Made by a program: the position numbers and the translations under genes. From Dehalococcoidia bacterium (lineage in GTDB: Bacteria; Chloroflexota; Dehalococcoidia; UBA2979), in NCBI GenBank assembly GCA_963667465.2, contig CAXXDN010000001.1, forward strand, positions 288,001-352,000: a stretch of DNA of 64,000 bases. Reading direction: 5' to 3'. Under the pieces are notes generated by a model. That model worked only from the letters and a program-made list of their open reading frames with translations. It ran no database searches and was not told the DNA's origin. This document shows positions 9,978 through 19,333 of this stretch, in pieces. How positions within the stretch are numbered: the first letter of the stretch is position 1; every line of letters begins with the position of its first letter.

Positions 9978-10121
9978 ACGCTGCCTCCCGACACGCCGGC
10001 GCAGCGTACGACAGGCCGGGCGACGGTGCGCGCGGCCTTCGGGGGCGCGGCGGCATCCGCTACAGTGCCAGCGCAAGGGCCGCCGAGGCGCGATCTCGCG
10101 CGACGCGAAGGGACCAGCGAG

Positions 10122-10853
10122 ATGCACGAGACGCTGAGCATCGAGCGCGAGGGCCGCGTCGCCACGCTGACCGTGACCCGGCCGCCCGTGAATGCGCTCG
10201 GCCTCGCCATGCTGGAGTCGCTGGCCGAGGAGCTACACCGCCTCGGTGACAACCCGGAGATCAGCGCGATTGTCTGGCGCAGCGGCGTGCCCGGAATCTT
10301 CAGCGGCGGTTTCGACCTCAACGACCCGCGCAGCGCCAGTGCTACGCCGATCCACACCCCACCCGGCGACCACCTGGTGCGCGTGCGCAACGCGCAAACT
10401 GCGCTGCTCGACGTGCCGGTGCCGATCATCGTCGCGATCAACGGCGCGGCAGTCGGCCTCGGAATGCTGATGCCGGCGCTCTGCGACATCGTGATCGCCG
10501 GAAGGAGCGCGCGCTTCGGGCTGCCCGAGATCCAGATCAACTCGATCGGCGGGGCCGGCCACGCGCGCCGCATCCTCCCGGAGCCGGTGCTCCGCTACCT
10601 GATGCTGACCGGCCGCCGCGTGACGCCCGAGTACCTCCAGCAGTGCGGCGCGATCGCGCTCGTCGTCGAGGACGACCAGCTTGACGCCGAGGCGCAGGCG
10701 ATCGCCTCCGAGATCGCGAGCTACGACCCCGTCGTGGTGCGCAACTCCAAGATCTCCCTCGAGGCGCTGCGCAAGATCGACGACGTGGCGCTGGCCTACT
10801 CGCTCGAGCACAAGTGGGGCGCCGCGCTCCGCTGGTCGCGCCAGCAGGGCTAG
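10122..10853 (+). CDS. Enoyl-CoA hydratase/isomerase family
   Basis: RPPVNAL, FSGGFDL, AINGAAVGLG, FGLPEI. Confidence 0.88.
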   Translation: MHETLSIEREGRVATLTVTRPPVNALGLAMLESLAEELHRLGDNPEISAIVWRSGVPGIFSGGFDLNDPRSASATPIHTPPGDHLVRVRNAQTALLDVPVPIIVAINGAAVGLGMLMPALCDIVIAGRSARFGLPEIQINSIGGAGHARRILPEPVLRYLMLTGRRVTPEYLQQCGAIALVVEDDQLDAEAQAIASEIASYDPVVVRNSKISLEALRKIDDVALAYSLEHKWGAALRWSRQQG

Positions 10854-10934
10854 GGTGGCGCGCCGCCTGCCGCCCGGCGCGCACGGGCCGCAATCGAAGC
10901 CGTGTAACATGATTGCGCACGGGAGCGAGCCGGG

Positions 10935-11492
10935 ATGACGACCACAAAGGCGAAGCTGCTGACCGCCGAGGATCTGCTGCGACTCGACAGCCGCGGTGTG
11001 CGCGGCGAACTGATCCGGGGGGTGCTCTGCGAAACCATGCCGACAGGACATGAGCACGGCAAGATCGTCATGAGGCTGGGCGCGGCGCTGTTCAACCTTG
11101 TGGACCCCGGGAAGCTGGGAACGATAGTCGCCTCGGACTCGGGCGTCCTGCTCGAGCGTGATCCCGACACCGTGCGCGAGCCGGACATCGCGTTCACCTC
11201 GGTGGAGAAGATCTCGCTCGACGCGCAGATCGTGGGCTACGCCGAGGCCGTGCCCGACCTGGTCGTCGAGGTGCGGTCCCCAAGCGACAGCCGCCGCGAG
11301 GTCCACGACAAGGCGCGAATGTGGCTGAGCCACGGCGTACGCATCGCCTGGGTCGTGCATCCAGACACGCGCACGGTGGACGTGCACCTGCCCGACCACC
11401 CTGCCGCCACCCTCGGCGCGAACGACAGCCTCGACGGCGCCGACGTGCTGCCCGGCTTCGCCCACCCCGTGAGCGCCATCTTCGAGGCGTAG
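10935..11492 (+). CDS. Uma2 family endonuclease
   Basis: ELIRG, PDTVREPDIAF, PDLVVEVRSPSD, WVVHP, LPGF. Confidence 0.9.
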   Translation: MTTTKAKLLTAEDLLRLDSRGVRGELIRGVLCETMPTGHEHGKIVMRLGAALFNLVDPGKLGTIVASDSGVLLERDPDTVREPDIAFTSVEKISLDAQIVGYAEAVPDLVVEVRSPSDSRREVHDKARMWLSHGVRIAWVVHPDTRTVDVHLPDHPAATLGANDSLDGADVLPGFAHPVSAIFEA

Positions 11493-11507
11493 GCGATCGG
11501 CACGCCG

Positions 11508-13991
11508 ATGCCGCCGTCAGCCGCAGCGCCGCCGCTCTCCGGCATCCGCGTGCTGGACCTGACCACCGCGCGCTGCGAGATCGGCGGCAGGATCCTCGCC
11601 GACCTCGGCGCCGAGGTGCTGAAGATCGAGCCGCCCGAGGGCTGCGACGCGCGCCGCATGCCGCCCTTCGGGGACGGCCGCGAGGGCGAGCCGGACGACT
11701 CGCTCTACTGGGCCGCCTACGGCGCGAGCAAGCGCAGCGTCGTGCTCGACCTCACCTCGGACGAGGGCCGCGCGGGCCTGCGCGCGCTGGCCGAGGGCGC
11801 CGACGTGCTGCTGGAATCGTTCGCGCCCGGTCACCTCGCGGCGCTCGGGCTCGGCTACGAGGACCTGCACGCGCTCAACCCCGCGCTCGTCTACGCCTCG
11901 ATCACGCCCTTTGGGCAGACCGGGCCGGACGCACAGTCGCCGGCGACCGAGCTGACGATCGAGGCGGCGGGCGGGCTGCTCTCGCTGCAGGGCGACGGCG
12001 ACCGCCCTCCCGTCCCGGTCGGCTACCCGCAGGCCGGGCTGCACGGCGGTGCGCAGGCCGCCGCCGACGCCGTCGTGGCGCTCGTCGAGCGCGACCGCTC
12101 CGGCCGCGGCCAGCACCTCGACGTCTCGATGCAGGCCTGCATGGTCTGGACGCTGATGGACGCGAGCGGTTACCCGCCGAACGAGGGCGGCGACAAACCC
12201 GGCTACGGCGACGACCGCGCCGAGCCCCGGCCTCCCCACCCCTCCGGCCTCCACCTGCCGCGCGTGGTCGCGGCCGCCGACGGCCACGTGATCACCACGA
12301 TGGGCGTCAACCTCCCGCAGCGCATCGCACTCAACGAGACCATCGCCTGGATGAAGAAGGACGGCGTCGAGTTCCCCGAGCGCCTGCGGTCGATCGACTG
12401 GGAGCGCTGGCACGAGCAGTTCGCCGACCCGAGCGCCGTGCCGGCGGAGACGCTGGCACTGATCGACGAGGCGGTCCTGCTCGCGGTCGAGTTCATCGGG
12501 ACCAGGCCGAAGCGCGAACTGAACGAGCGCGCCGTGGCGAGCGGGGCGCTGATCGCGCCGATCATGACCGCTGCCGATCTGCTCGCGGACCCGCAGCTCG
12601 CGGATCGCGACTACTGGAGGGAGGTCGCGGGCCGCCCGCACCCGGGACCGTTCGCCAAACCGAGCCGCACGCCGCTGCGCAGCCCGCAGCCAACCCCTGC
12701 CCTCGGCGAGGCGAACTCGCTGCTTGGCGAACCGCGCCGGCCAGCGCCAGCCGTACGCGCCGCAGCGAGCGCCGTCTCGACGCGTACGAGGGCGTTCGAG
12801 GGGCTGAAAGTCGCCGACTTCTCGTGGGTCGGCGTCGGTCCGCTGCTCGGCAAGGCGCTGGCCGACCACGGCGCGACCGTGGTGCGCGTCGAGACGGCGA
12901 AGCGCATCGACACCCTGCGCGGGATGGGGCCGTTCAAGGACGGCGTGCGGGACGTCAACCGGGCGCAGTTCTTTGCCAACTTCAACTCCTCGAAGCTGGG
13001 CATGACGCTGGACCTGTCGAGCGAGGGCGGCCGCTCCGCCGCGCGCAGACTCGCCGCCTGGGCGGACGTGGTCCTCGAGAGCTTCACGCCCGGGACGATG
13101 GAACGGCACGGGCTGGGCTGGGAGGCGCTGAGCCAGGGCCGCGACGATCTGCTGATGGTGCGCACCTGCCTGCGAGGGCAGACCGGTCCGGAGGCGGCGC
13201 TCACCGGCTTCGGCAGCCAGGGCGCCGCGCTGGCCGGGCTGCACGGCGTGACCGGCTGGCCGGACCGCCCGCCCGACGGGCCCTACGGCGCCTACACGGA
13301 CTTCATCAACCCGCGCTTCGGCCTCGCGGTGATTGCGGCGGCGCTCCGTGAGCGCGCCCGCAGCGGACGGGGCCAGCTGCTCGACATCTCGCAGGTCGAG
13401 GTCGGCATCCACTTCCTCGCGCCGCTCGTCCTCGACTACGCGGTCAACGGCCGCGTGGCGCCGCCCGCGGGGCACGACTCCCGCACCGCTTGCCCGCACG
13501 GCGTCTACCGGGTCGCCGGCGCCGAGCGCTACATCGCGATCGCCTGCGAGACGGCGGAGCAGTGGCGTGCGCTGCGCGATCTCGGCGGCCTCGAGGGCTT
13601 CGACGGCGCCGGGTTCGAGCACTACGAGGGCCGCCACGCCGCCCGCGATCGGATCGACGAGGCGCTTCGCGCCTGGTGCGCGGGGCACGACGGGCACGCC
13701 CTCGCCGCGCGGTTGAAGGCAGCGGGCGTCCCGGCCTCGGCGGTGCTGCGGGCGAGCGACCTCCACCGCGACGCGCAGCTCGCGCATCGCGGCTTCTTCG
13801 TCACGCTCGACCACCCGGAGATGGGTCCAACGCCCTACGACGGCCTCGCGACCAGCTACTCCGAGACGCCCGGCACGCCCCGCAAGCCCGCGCCGCTGCT
13901 AGGCGAGGACACGCACTACGTGCTCACAGAGCTGCTCGGCCACTCCGCCGAGGAGGTGGCGATCCTCGCGGCGAGCGGGGCGCTCACCTAG
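11508..13991 (+). CDS. Double-domain class III CoA transferase (CaiB/BaiF)
   Basis: Two CaiB repeats: LSGIRVLDL..LADLGAEVLKIEPP and FEGLKVADFSW..LADHGATVVRVE. Confidence 0.9.
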   Translation: MPPSAAAPPLSGIRVLDLTTARCEIGGRILADLGAEVLKIEPPEGCDARRMPPFGDGREGEPDDSLYWAAYGASKRSVVLDLTSDEGRAGLRALAEGADVLLESFAPGHLAALGLGYEDLHALNPALVYASITPFGQTGPDAQSPATELTIEAAGGLLSLQGDGDRPPVPVGYPQAGLHGGAQAAADAVVALVERDRSGRGQHLDVSMQACMVWTLMDASGYPPNEGGDKPGYGDDRAEPRPPHPSGLHLPRVVAAADGHVITTMGVNLPQRIALNETIAWMKKDGVEFPERLRSIDWERWHEQFADPSAVPAETLALIDEAVLLAVEFIGTRPKRELNERAVASGALIAPIMTAADLLADPQLADRDYWREVAGRPHPGPFAKPSRTPLRSPQPTPALGEANSLLGEPRRPAPAVRAAASAVSTRTRAFEGLKVADFSWVGVGPLLGKALADHGATVVRVETAKRIDTLRGMGPFKDGVRDVNRAQFFANFNSSKLGMTLDLSSEGGRSAARRLAAWADVVLESFTPGTMERHGLGWEALSQGRDDLLMVRTCLRGQTGPEAALTGFGSQGAALAGLHGVTGWPDRPPDGPYGAYTDFINPRFGLAVIAAALRERARSGRGQLLDISQVEVGIHFLAPLVLDYAVNGRVAPPAGHDSRTACPHGVYRVAGAERYIAIACETAEQWRALRDLGGLEGFDGAGFEHYEGRHAARDRIDEALRAWCAGHDGHALAARLKAAGVPASAVLRASDLHRDAQLAHRGFFVTLDHPEMGPTPYDGLATSYSETPGTPRKPAPLLGEDTHYVLTELLGHSAEEVAILAASGALT

Positions 13992-14023
13992 AATCACGAA
14001 CCACGCAGGTGGCCGGGGGTGCG

Positions 14024-14566
14024 ATGACCAGGGTCGAGGGCGAGTACGACATCGAGGCCGTGCGCGCCGAGTGGATCGGCAGGAAGACGCCGCTCTACCA
14101 CGGCCGCTACCCGGTCGAGTACGACCCGATCCGCCGCTACTGCCACATGGTGGAGGACGACAACCCGCTGTTCCTCGATCCCGCGTACGCGGTGACGACG
14201 AAGTGGGGCGGCGTAATCGTGCCGCCAGTAATGACCGACTACTTCGCGGGCAGCGGCGCCTGGCCCGAGGAAGACGAGCCCGCGCTCATCCTCCAGGTGC
14301 CGACGCGCGGCGACCGCACGATCAACCTCAGCATCAGTTGGGAGTTCATCCAGCCCGCCCGCATCGGCGACCGCCTCTCGCGGCAGACGGAGATCGAGGA
14401 GATCTACCAGAAGCCGACGCGGCTCGACCCGAAGTCGATCTGGATCGCCGCGGCGACGACGATCTTCAACCAGGACGGCGAGGTCGTGGCCATCGGCCGG
14501 AACACGATGGTCGCCCACCGCCGGCCCGAGGAGTTCGCGGCCGAACTCGAGGGGAACGGCGGATGA
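14024..14566 (+). CDS. MaoC/FAS1-like dehydratase, N-terminal-type hot-dog domain
   Basis: IRRYCHMVEDDNPLF, VPP, WEFIQPARIGDRL. Confidence 0.8.
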   Translation: MTRVEGEYDIEAVRAEWIGRKTPLYHGRYPVEYDPIRRYCHMVEDDNPLFLDPAYAVTTKWGGVIVPPVMTDYFAGSGAWPEEDEPALILQVPTRGDRTINLSISWEFIQPARIGDRLSRQTEIEEIYQKPTRLDPKSIWIAAATTIFNQDGEVVAIGRNTMVAHRRPEEFAAELEGNGG

Positions 14567-15021
14567 GCGGCGAGCCGCGCACGCAGCGCTATTGGGACGA
14601 CGTCACCGCCGGCGAGGACGTCGAGGGCTTCACGTTCACGCTCGGCTGGACGGAAATGGCGAAGCAGGTCAGCGGCTCGCAAGACTTCCACAAGGTCCAC
14701 CACGACTTCGAGTTCGCGCGTGAGGGCGGACACGAGACGATCTTCTACAACACGGGATTCACGCGCGGCTGCCTCGGACGCCTGCTCACGGACTGGATGG
14801 GCCCGGAGGGCTGGATCCGGACGTTCGGCTTCCAGATGCGGCGCATGAACACGCCCGGCGACGTGATGTCCGTGAAAGGCCGCGTCACCGGCACGTCCGA
14901 GGGCGACGACCCCGAGACGGGCCTCGTCGACCTCGAGATCTGGATCGAGAACACGCGCGAGGGCGTGACGACGCCGGGCACTGCCACGGTGCTGCTGCCG
15001 CGGCGCGCTGAGGGGACATAG
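14563..15021 (+). CDS. MaoC family hot-dog dehydratase
   Basis: RYWDDV..GE, DFHKVHHD, LTDWMGP, PGD; ATGA coupled. Confidence 0.8.
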   Translation: MSGEPRTQRYWDDVTAGEDVEGFTFTLGWTEMAKQVSGSQDFHKVHHDFEFAREGGHETIFYNTGFTRGCLGRLLTDWMGPEGWIRTFGFQMRRMNTPGDVMSVKGRVTGTSEGDDPETGLVDLEIWIENTREGVTTPGTATVLLPRRAEGT

Positions 15022-15025
15022 CACG

Positions 15026-15505
15026 ATGGCCAACGCAACGAAGACCGAGATCGAAGCAGGCGGGACCTACTTCCCGCAGCCCGTCGCCTACCCGGCCACG
15101 ATGAACGACGACCTCGACAAGCCGTTCATCGAGGGCACGCAACGCGGGGAGCTGTGGGTGCAGTTCTGTACCGCCTGCGAGCACTTCCAGTGGGGGCCGG
15201 AGTGGCTCTGCCACCGCTGCCTCAGCTATGACCTCGAGTGGCGGCAGGTGGAGGGGCGCGGGCGGATCTACTCCTGGGAGCGGGTCTGGCACCCGGTGCA
15301 CCCGGTGCTGCGGGAGGCCGTCCCCTACGTCGTGGTCGTCGTCGAACTGCCACACGCCGACGACATCCGCCTGGTCGGCAACCTGCTCGGCGATCCCGAG
15401 GAGGAGGTCGTGATCGGCAGCGCCGTCGAGGCCGTCTACGAGCACCACGCGGACGCCGACCCGCCGTTCACCCTCGTCCACTGGTCACGCCTCGAGAGCG
15501 AGTAG
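15026..15505 (+). CDS. Zn-ribbon/OB-fold (DUF35, ChsH2-like) protein
   Basis: CTAC..CHRC, GRIYSW, VPY, RLVGN. Confidence 0.85.
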   Translation: MANATKTEIEAGGTYFPQPVAYPATMNDDLDKPFIEGTQRGELWVQFCTACEHFQWGPEWLCHRCLSYDLEWRQVEGRGRIYSWERVWHPVHPVLREAVPYVVVVVELPHADDIRLVGNLLGDPEEEVVIGSAVEAVYEHHADADPPFTLVHWSRLESE

Positions 15506-15552
15506 CAGCCGGACGCGCGAATCGACCGAAGCGACAGCGAGAGGAGCGACGC

Positions 15553-16713
15553 ATGGACTTCCAGATGCCGGACGACGTCGTCGAATTCCGGGAGCAGATC
15601 CACGACTTCATCCGCCGGCACCGTACGCCGGAACTGGAGGAGGAGATCGCCGGGCACCACCTGCACGGCTACGGCCCGGCCGCCGAGACCTTCCTGCAGG
15701 CGCTCGCCGACGAGGGTCTGCCCTCGATCGCCTGGCCCGAGGAGTACGGCGGACGCGGCAAGGGCGCGCTCTACCTCTGGATCCTCTCCGAGGAGCTCGC
15801 ACGCGAGGGCATGCCCTGGGACACGCTCACCTTCAACTCCGTCAGCCCGACGATCATGCGCCACGGCAGCGAGGAGCAGCGGCTTGAACTGCTGCCGAAG
15901 GTCCTCACCGGCGAGATCCGCTTCGCCCTCGGCTACACCGAGCCGAACGCCGGCACCGACCTCGCGTCGCTGCAAACTCGCGCCGTCCGCGACGGCGACG
16001 AGTGGGTGCTCAACGGCCAGAAGATCTACACCTCCTCGGCGCACCTCGCGACGCACGTCTGGCTGGCCGCGCGCACGGACCCGGACGCGCCGAAGCACCG
16101 CGGCATCTCCACCTTCGTGGTGCCGCTGAGCACCCCGGGGATCACCGTGCGCCCGCTCTGGGTGATGGGCGAAGGCCGCACCAACGAGACGTTCTACGAG
16201 AACGTGCGCATCCCCGCCGACGCACTCGTCGGCGAGGAGAACCGCGGCTGGTACATCGTCACCGGCGCGCTCGACCTCGAGCGCGTCGCGATCGGCACCT
16301 ACCGCCCGCTGGAGCGCAGGGTGCAACACATCATCTCCTACCTCGTGGCCGAGCGCGGCGATCTGCTGGACGACCCGGCCACGCGCATGGCCGTCGCCGA
16401 GGCCTCGATGCGCGTCGAGGTGGGGCGCGCGCTGTCGACCAACAACGCGGCGATGGTGCACAACGACCTGGTGCCGACGATGGAAGCCGCGATGTCCAAG
16501 ATCTGGAAGGGCGACTCCAGCGAGCGCATCCACGACTCCTTCATGGACATCCTCGGCCGCAGCGGCGGGCTGCACGAGTCGAACGAGGACGCCCCGCTCG
16601 GCGGGATGCTTGAGGCTGGCTGGCGCAGCGACCCGCCCGGCCGCTTCGCAGGCGGCACCAACGACATCCAGCGCCGCGTGATCGCCACGCGCGGCCTGCA
16701 GCTGCCGCGATAG
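15553..16713 (+). CDS. Acyl-CoA dehydrogenase (likely catalytic subunit of a heteromeric ACAD)
   Basis: GYTEPNAGTDLASL, NGQKIYTS, TNETFY, LDLER, GGTNDIQR. Confidence 0.9.
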   Translation: MDFQMPDDVVEFREQIHDFIRRHRTPELEEEIAGHHLHGYGPAAETFLQALADEGLPSIAWPEEYGGRGKGALYLWILSEELAREGMPWDTLTFNSVSPTIMRHGSEEQRLELLPKVLTGEIRFALGYTEPNAGTDLASLQTRAVRDGDEWVLNGQKIYTSSAHLATHVWLAARTDPDAPKHRGISTFVVPLSTPGITVRPLWVMGEGRTNETFYENVRIPADALVGEENRGWYIVTGALDLERVAIGTYRPLERRVQHIISYLVAERGDLLDDPATRMAVAEASMRVEVGRALSTNNAAMVHNDLVPTMEAAMSKIWKGDSSERIHDSFMDILGRSGGLHESNEDAPLGGMLEAGWRSDPPGRFAGGTNDIQRRVIATRGLQLPR

Positions 16714-16723
16714 GAGGCGCACA

Positions 16724-17809
16724 ATGGACCTCCGGCCGAGCGAACTACAGGAAATTCTCCGCACCAGCGCCACCGAATTCTTCGAGCGCGAGGTGAGCTT
16801 CGAGCGGATCCGCGAGATCGAGGCGGCGAACCGCCCCGACGAGCAGTTGCAGGGCCAGCTGACCGAGCTGGGCTGGAACTCGCTGGCGATCTCCGAGGAC
16901 TACGGCGGCCAGGGCGGGACCGTGCTCGACGCGGGCGTGCTGATCACCCAGATCTGCCGCGCCGCGCTGCCCTCGCCGCTCGCCAGCACCCTCGTCGGCG
17001 CGGTCACGATTGAGCGCCACGGCGACGAGGCGCTGAAGACCTCGCTGCTGCCGCAGCTCAACAGCGGACTCACGATCTCGCCCGCGCTGCTCGAGGCGTC
17101 GGACTCGCTCTACGGCCCGGTCACGGCGGAGTACGCCGGCGGCGCGGTCACGGGCGAGAAGCGCTTCGTCGAGTTCGGCGAGACCAGCGACGTGCACCTT
17201 GTTGCTGCGATGCGTGACGGCGCGCCGGGCCTCGCCGTCGTGCGCCGCGACCAGCCGGGCGTAACGGCCCGCGACACGCGCACGATTGGCGCGCTGCCGC
17301 AGGCGACCGTCCACTACGACGGCGCCGTGGCCGAGGCCTGGATCGAGGGCGCGGACGCCATCGAGACGATGCGCCGCCTCGGGGCGGCGGTCGCCGCGTT
17401 CGAGACCTACACCTACGCGCAGAAGGCGCTCGACCTGACGGTCGACTACGTGCAGATGCGGGTGCAGTTCGGGCAGCCGATCGGCGCGTTCCAGATGGTG
17501 CAGATGCGCTGCGCGGACATGGCGACGATCGTCGAGGGCTCACGCTTCCTCGTGCACGAGCTGCTGTGGCAGATCGACGAGGGCCTCGACACGCGCCGGC
17601 AGGTCGCGGTGGTGAAAGCGGTGACGGCGAAGATGGCCCCGCAGGTCCTGCAGGATTGCCACCTGCTGCACGGCGGCATCGGCTACATGCAGGAGTACGA
17701 CCTGCACTTCTTCACCCGTCGCGGCCGCGACGCCGCACTGCGCTGGGGCAGCGCCCGCGAGACGATGAACATCGTCACCGAGGAGGCCTTCGCCGCCGCC
17801 TCGGCGTAG
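16724..17809 (+). CDS. Acyl-CoA dehydrogenase-like partner subunit
   Basis: RVQFGQPIGAFQ, LHGGIG; degenerate N-terminal FAD motif; adjacent to a canonical ACAD. Confidence 0.85.
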   Translation: MDLRPSELQEILRTSATEFFEREVSFERIREIEAANRPDEQLQGQLTELGWNSLAISEDYGGQGGTVLDAGVLITQICRAALPSPLASTLVGAVTIERHGDEALKTSLLPQLNSGLTISPALLEASDSLYGPVTAEYAGGAVTGEKRFVEFGETSDVHLVAAMRDGAPGLAVVRRDQPGVTARDTRTIGALPQATVHYDGAVAEAWIEGADAIETMRRLGAAVAAFETYTYAQKALDLTVDYVQMRVQFGQPIGAFQMVQMRCADMATIVEGSRFLVHELLWQIDEGLDTRRQVAVVKAVTAKMAPQVLQDCHLLHGGIGYMQEYDLHFFTRRGRDAALRWGSARETMNIVTEEAFAAASA

Positions 17810-17899
17810 CGGGGAGGGCGGTGCTGCCTATTCTCGTTTCGGAGCGATTTCGAAAATAAGACCGCCGATTGTTTTCGTTACCGCAAGTAAGGGCAGCAA

Positions 17900-19249
17900 C
17901 TATGGAAGCCGTCCGCGAAGCGCGGCGGCGGCGAGGCGTCGTGATGAATCGGCGCTTCCGTCGGAGAACGCGACACCTTCCTGGCGTAGCAAGTCTGTCG
18001 GATCACGAGTGTCCGCGGGATCACTCCAACGGAAGCCCTCAGCGATCTGACCTTCAGCCGTCAGCACGCGGTGTGCGGATGAGCAATCGTCGCATGCCGT
18101 AATGTGCCCGCCTACCGCTCGTGCGGAGCTATCGATGGCATCCGCAAGGTCACCGTAGGTGGTCCACTCGCCTGGCTCCAACCGCTCCAGCAAGGTATGC
18201 AGGCCAGACCAGTCGCGGGCTGCCGACGCTGCACCGAGACCAGCCAGAGTAGAGAGGGTCTTGCCATTCTCGGTCTTCCAAGCCCGTGGGCCAGAGATGA
18301 CCGCAGGGCGCTCGCCGGTCGCCCGCTCGACAATCTCCTTCGCCAGCCCAGTCGGACTCCAATCTTCACCGAGCCTCCACCTCAGCGGACGGACCGAGTC
18401 ATTCCTCCAAGCCACCAAGCCTCGCTGTGGATCCTCCCTTATCCACTCCTCAACGCGGCTACGCCAGGCAGGCCGAATCCCTCTCAACTCGAGCTCAAGT
18501 AACTCGCCATCGTCAATGGCACCTTCGGCAACAAGCGTTGCGACAGCATTCCGTTCGCGGCGCGTGCGAACGCGCTCGTCGGCCGCCCGAAGTTCCGCCT
18601 GCCCCGGGGAGACCGTGAAGTCCTCAACGTCCGCCACAGGCCATGTCTGCGAGACGGTGAGCACGAGGTCGTTCGCCGTGCGGTAGGCGTTGAACTCGAT
18701 CAGGGAGACCTTCAGGCCCATCTCTGTCAACCACGCCACACTCGCTGTGACCTGGGGTGGAAAGCTAGCCGCCATCAGCACGATCCGCGGCCGACGAAGC
18801 AGCTCAGTATCGAGCTCACCGCCGACATGCTCGTTGATCCGGGCAAGGGCTTCCTCAGCCGACACCGTTTCATCGGTGACCTTCGACAGGTATGCGGCGT
18901 GAGCAACTGCCAGCGTCTGCGGGGTGAAGCGGCTGGCGAACGCGGCGTACTTGATCGCCTGCATCTCGACGGTGTCCGGGGCCGGGCCGCGCTTCAGTTC
19001 GGCCAAGACGAGATAGCCGTCCGCATCGAGCCCGAGCAGGTCGAGGCGGTCGGCCTCGCGCCCTCTCCTCGACCACCACGCATCGAACTCGAAGGTCACG
19101 ATGTAGACGCCGTCGCCGAGGATCTCAGGATTCTTGCGCACCCACTCCTGCAAGTGGGCCCGCTCGCGGAAGCCCGCTTCCGCGAGGCTGATCTGCGTTG
19201 CGGGCGTGGCAGCCCCGGGCTTGACCGTGAAGACCAACTCGCCAGGCAT
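17900..19249 (-). CDS. Fusion: NucS/DUF91-like PD-(D/E)XK nuclease + RAMA-like domain + MGMT/ATL-like DNA-binding domain
   Basis: E..LQEW..NPEILG, RLDLLGLD, LVLAELKRG, QAIKYA; middle SPTGLA..SGPRAW..GKTLSTL; C-term GEWTTYGDLA..ARAVG..AHRVL..LRQEGV. Confidence 0.75.
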   Translation of the reverse strand: MPGELVFTVKPGAATPATQISLAEAGFRERAHLQEWVRKNPEILGDGVYIVTFEFDAWWSRRGREADRLDLLGLDADGYLVLAELKRGPAPDTVEMQAIKYAAFASRFTPQTLAVAHAAYLSKVTDETVSAEEALARINEHVGGELDTELLRRPRIVLMAASFPPQVTASVAWLTEMGLKVSLIEFNAYRTANDLVLTVSQTWPVADVEDFTVSPGQAELRAADERVRTRRERNAVATLVAEGAIDDGELLELELRGIRPAWRSRVEEWIREDPQRGLVAWRNDSVRPLRWRLGEDWSPTGLAKEIVERATGERPAVISGPRAWKTENGKTLSTLAGLGAASAARDWSGLHTLLERLEPGEWTTYGDLADAIDSSARAVGGHITACDDCSSAHRVLTAEGQIAEGFRWSDPADTRDPTDLLRQEGVAFSDGSADSSRRLAAAALRGRLP

Positions 19250-19333
19250 GAAGCAACACCCCCTGCTCCCGGCGCAGGCTACGCAAATGCCGAGGGGCTG
19301 TCACTGGCGCTCGGCGAGCACCCGCCCGGATCG

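Noticed and set aside
8709-10853. 714-aa ORF suggesting a large fusion to enoyl-CoA hydratase
   Set aside because: The N-terminal part is the antisense shadow of the serine hydrolase; the real start is ATG10122.
10860-10872. 13-bp match (GCGCCGCCTGCCG) to the 27-bp TA-flanking repeat, upstream of the Uma2 gene
   Set aside because: Short and almost all G/C, so plausible by chance; no partner copy after the gene.
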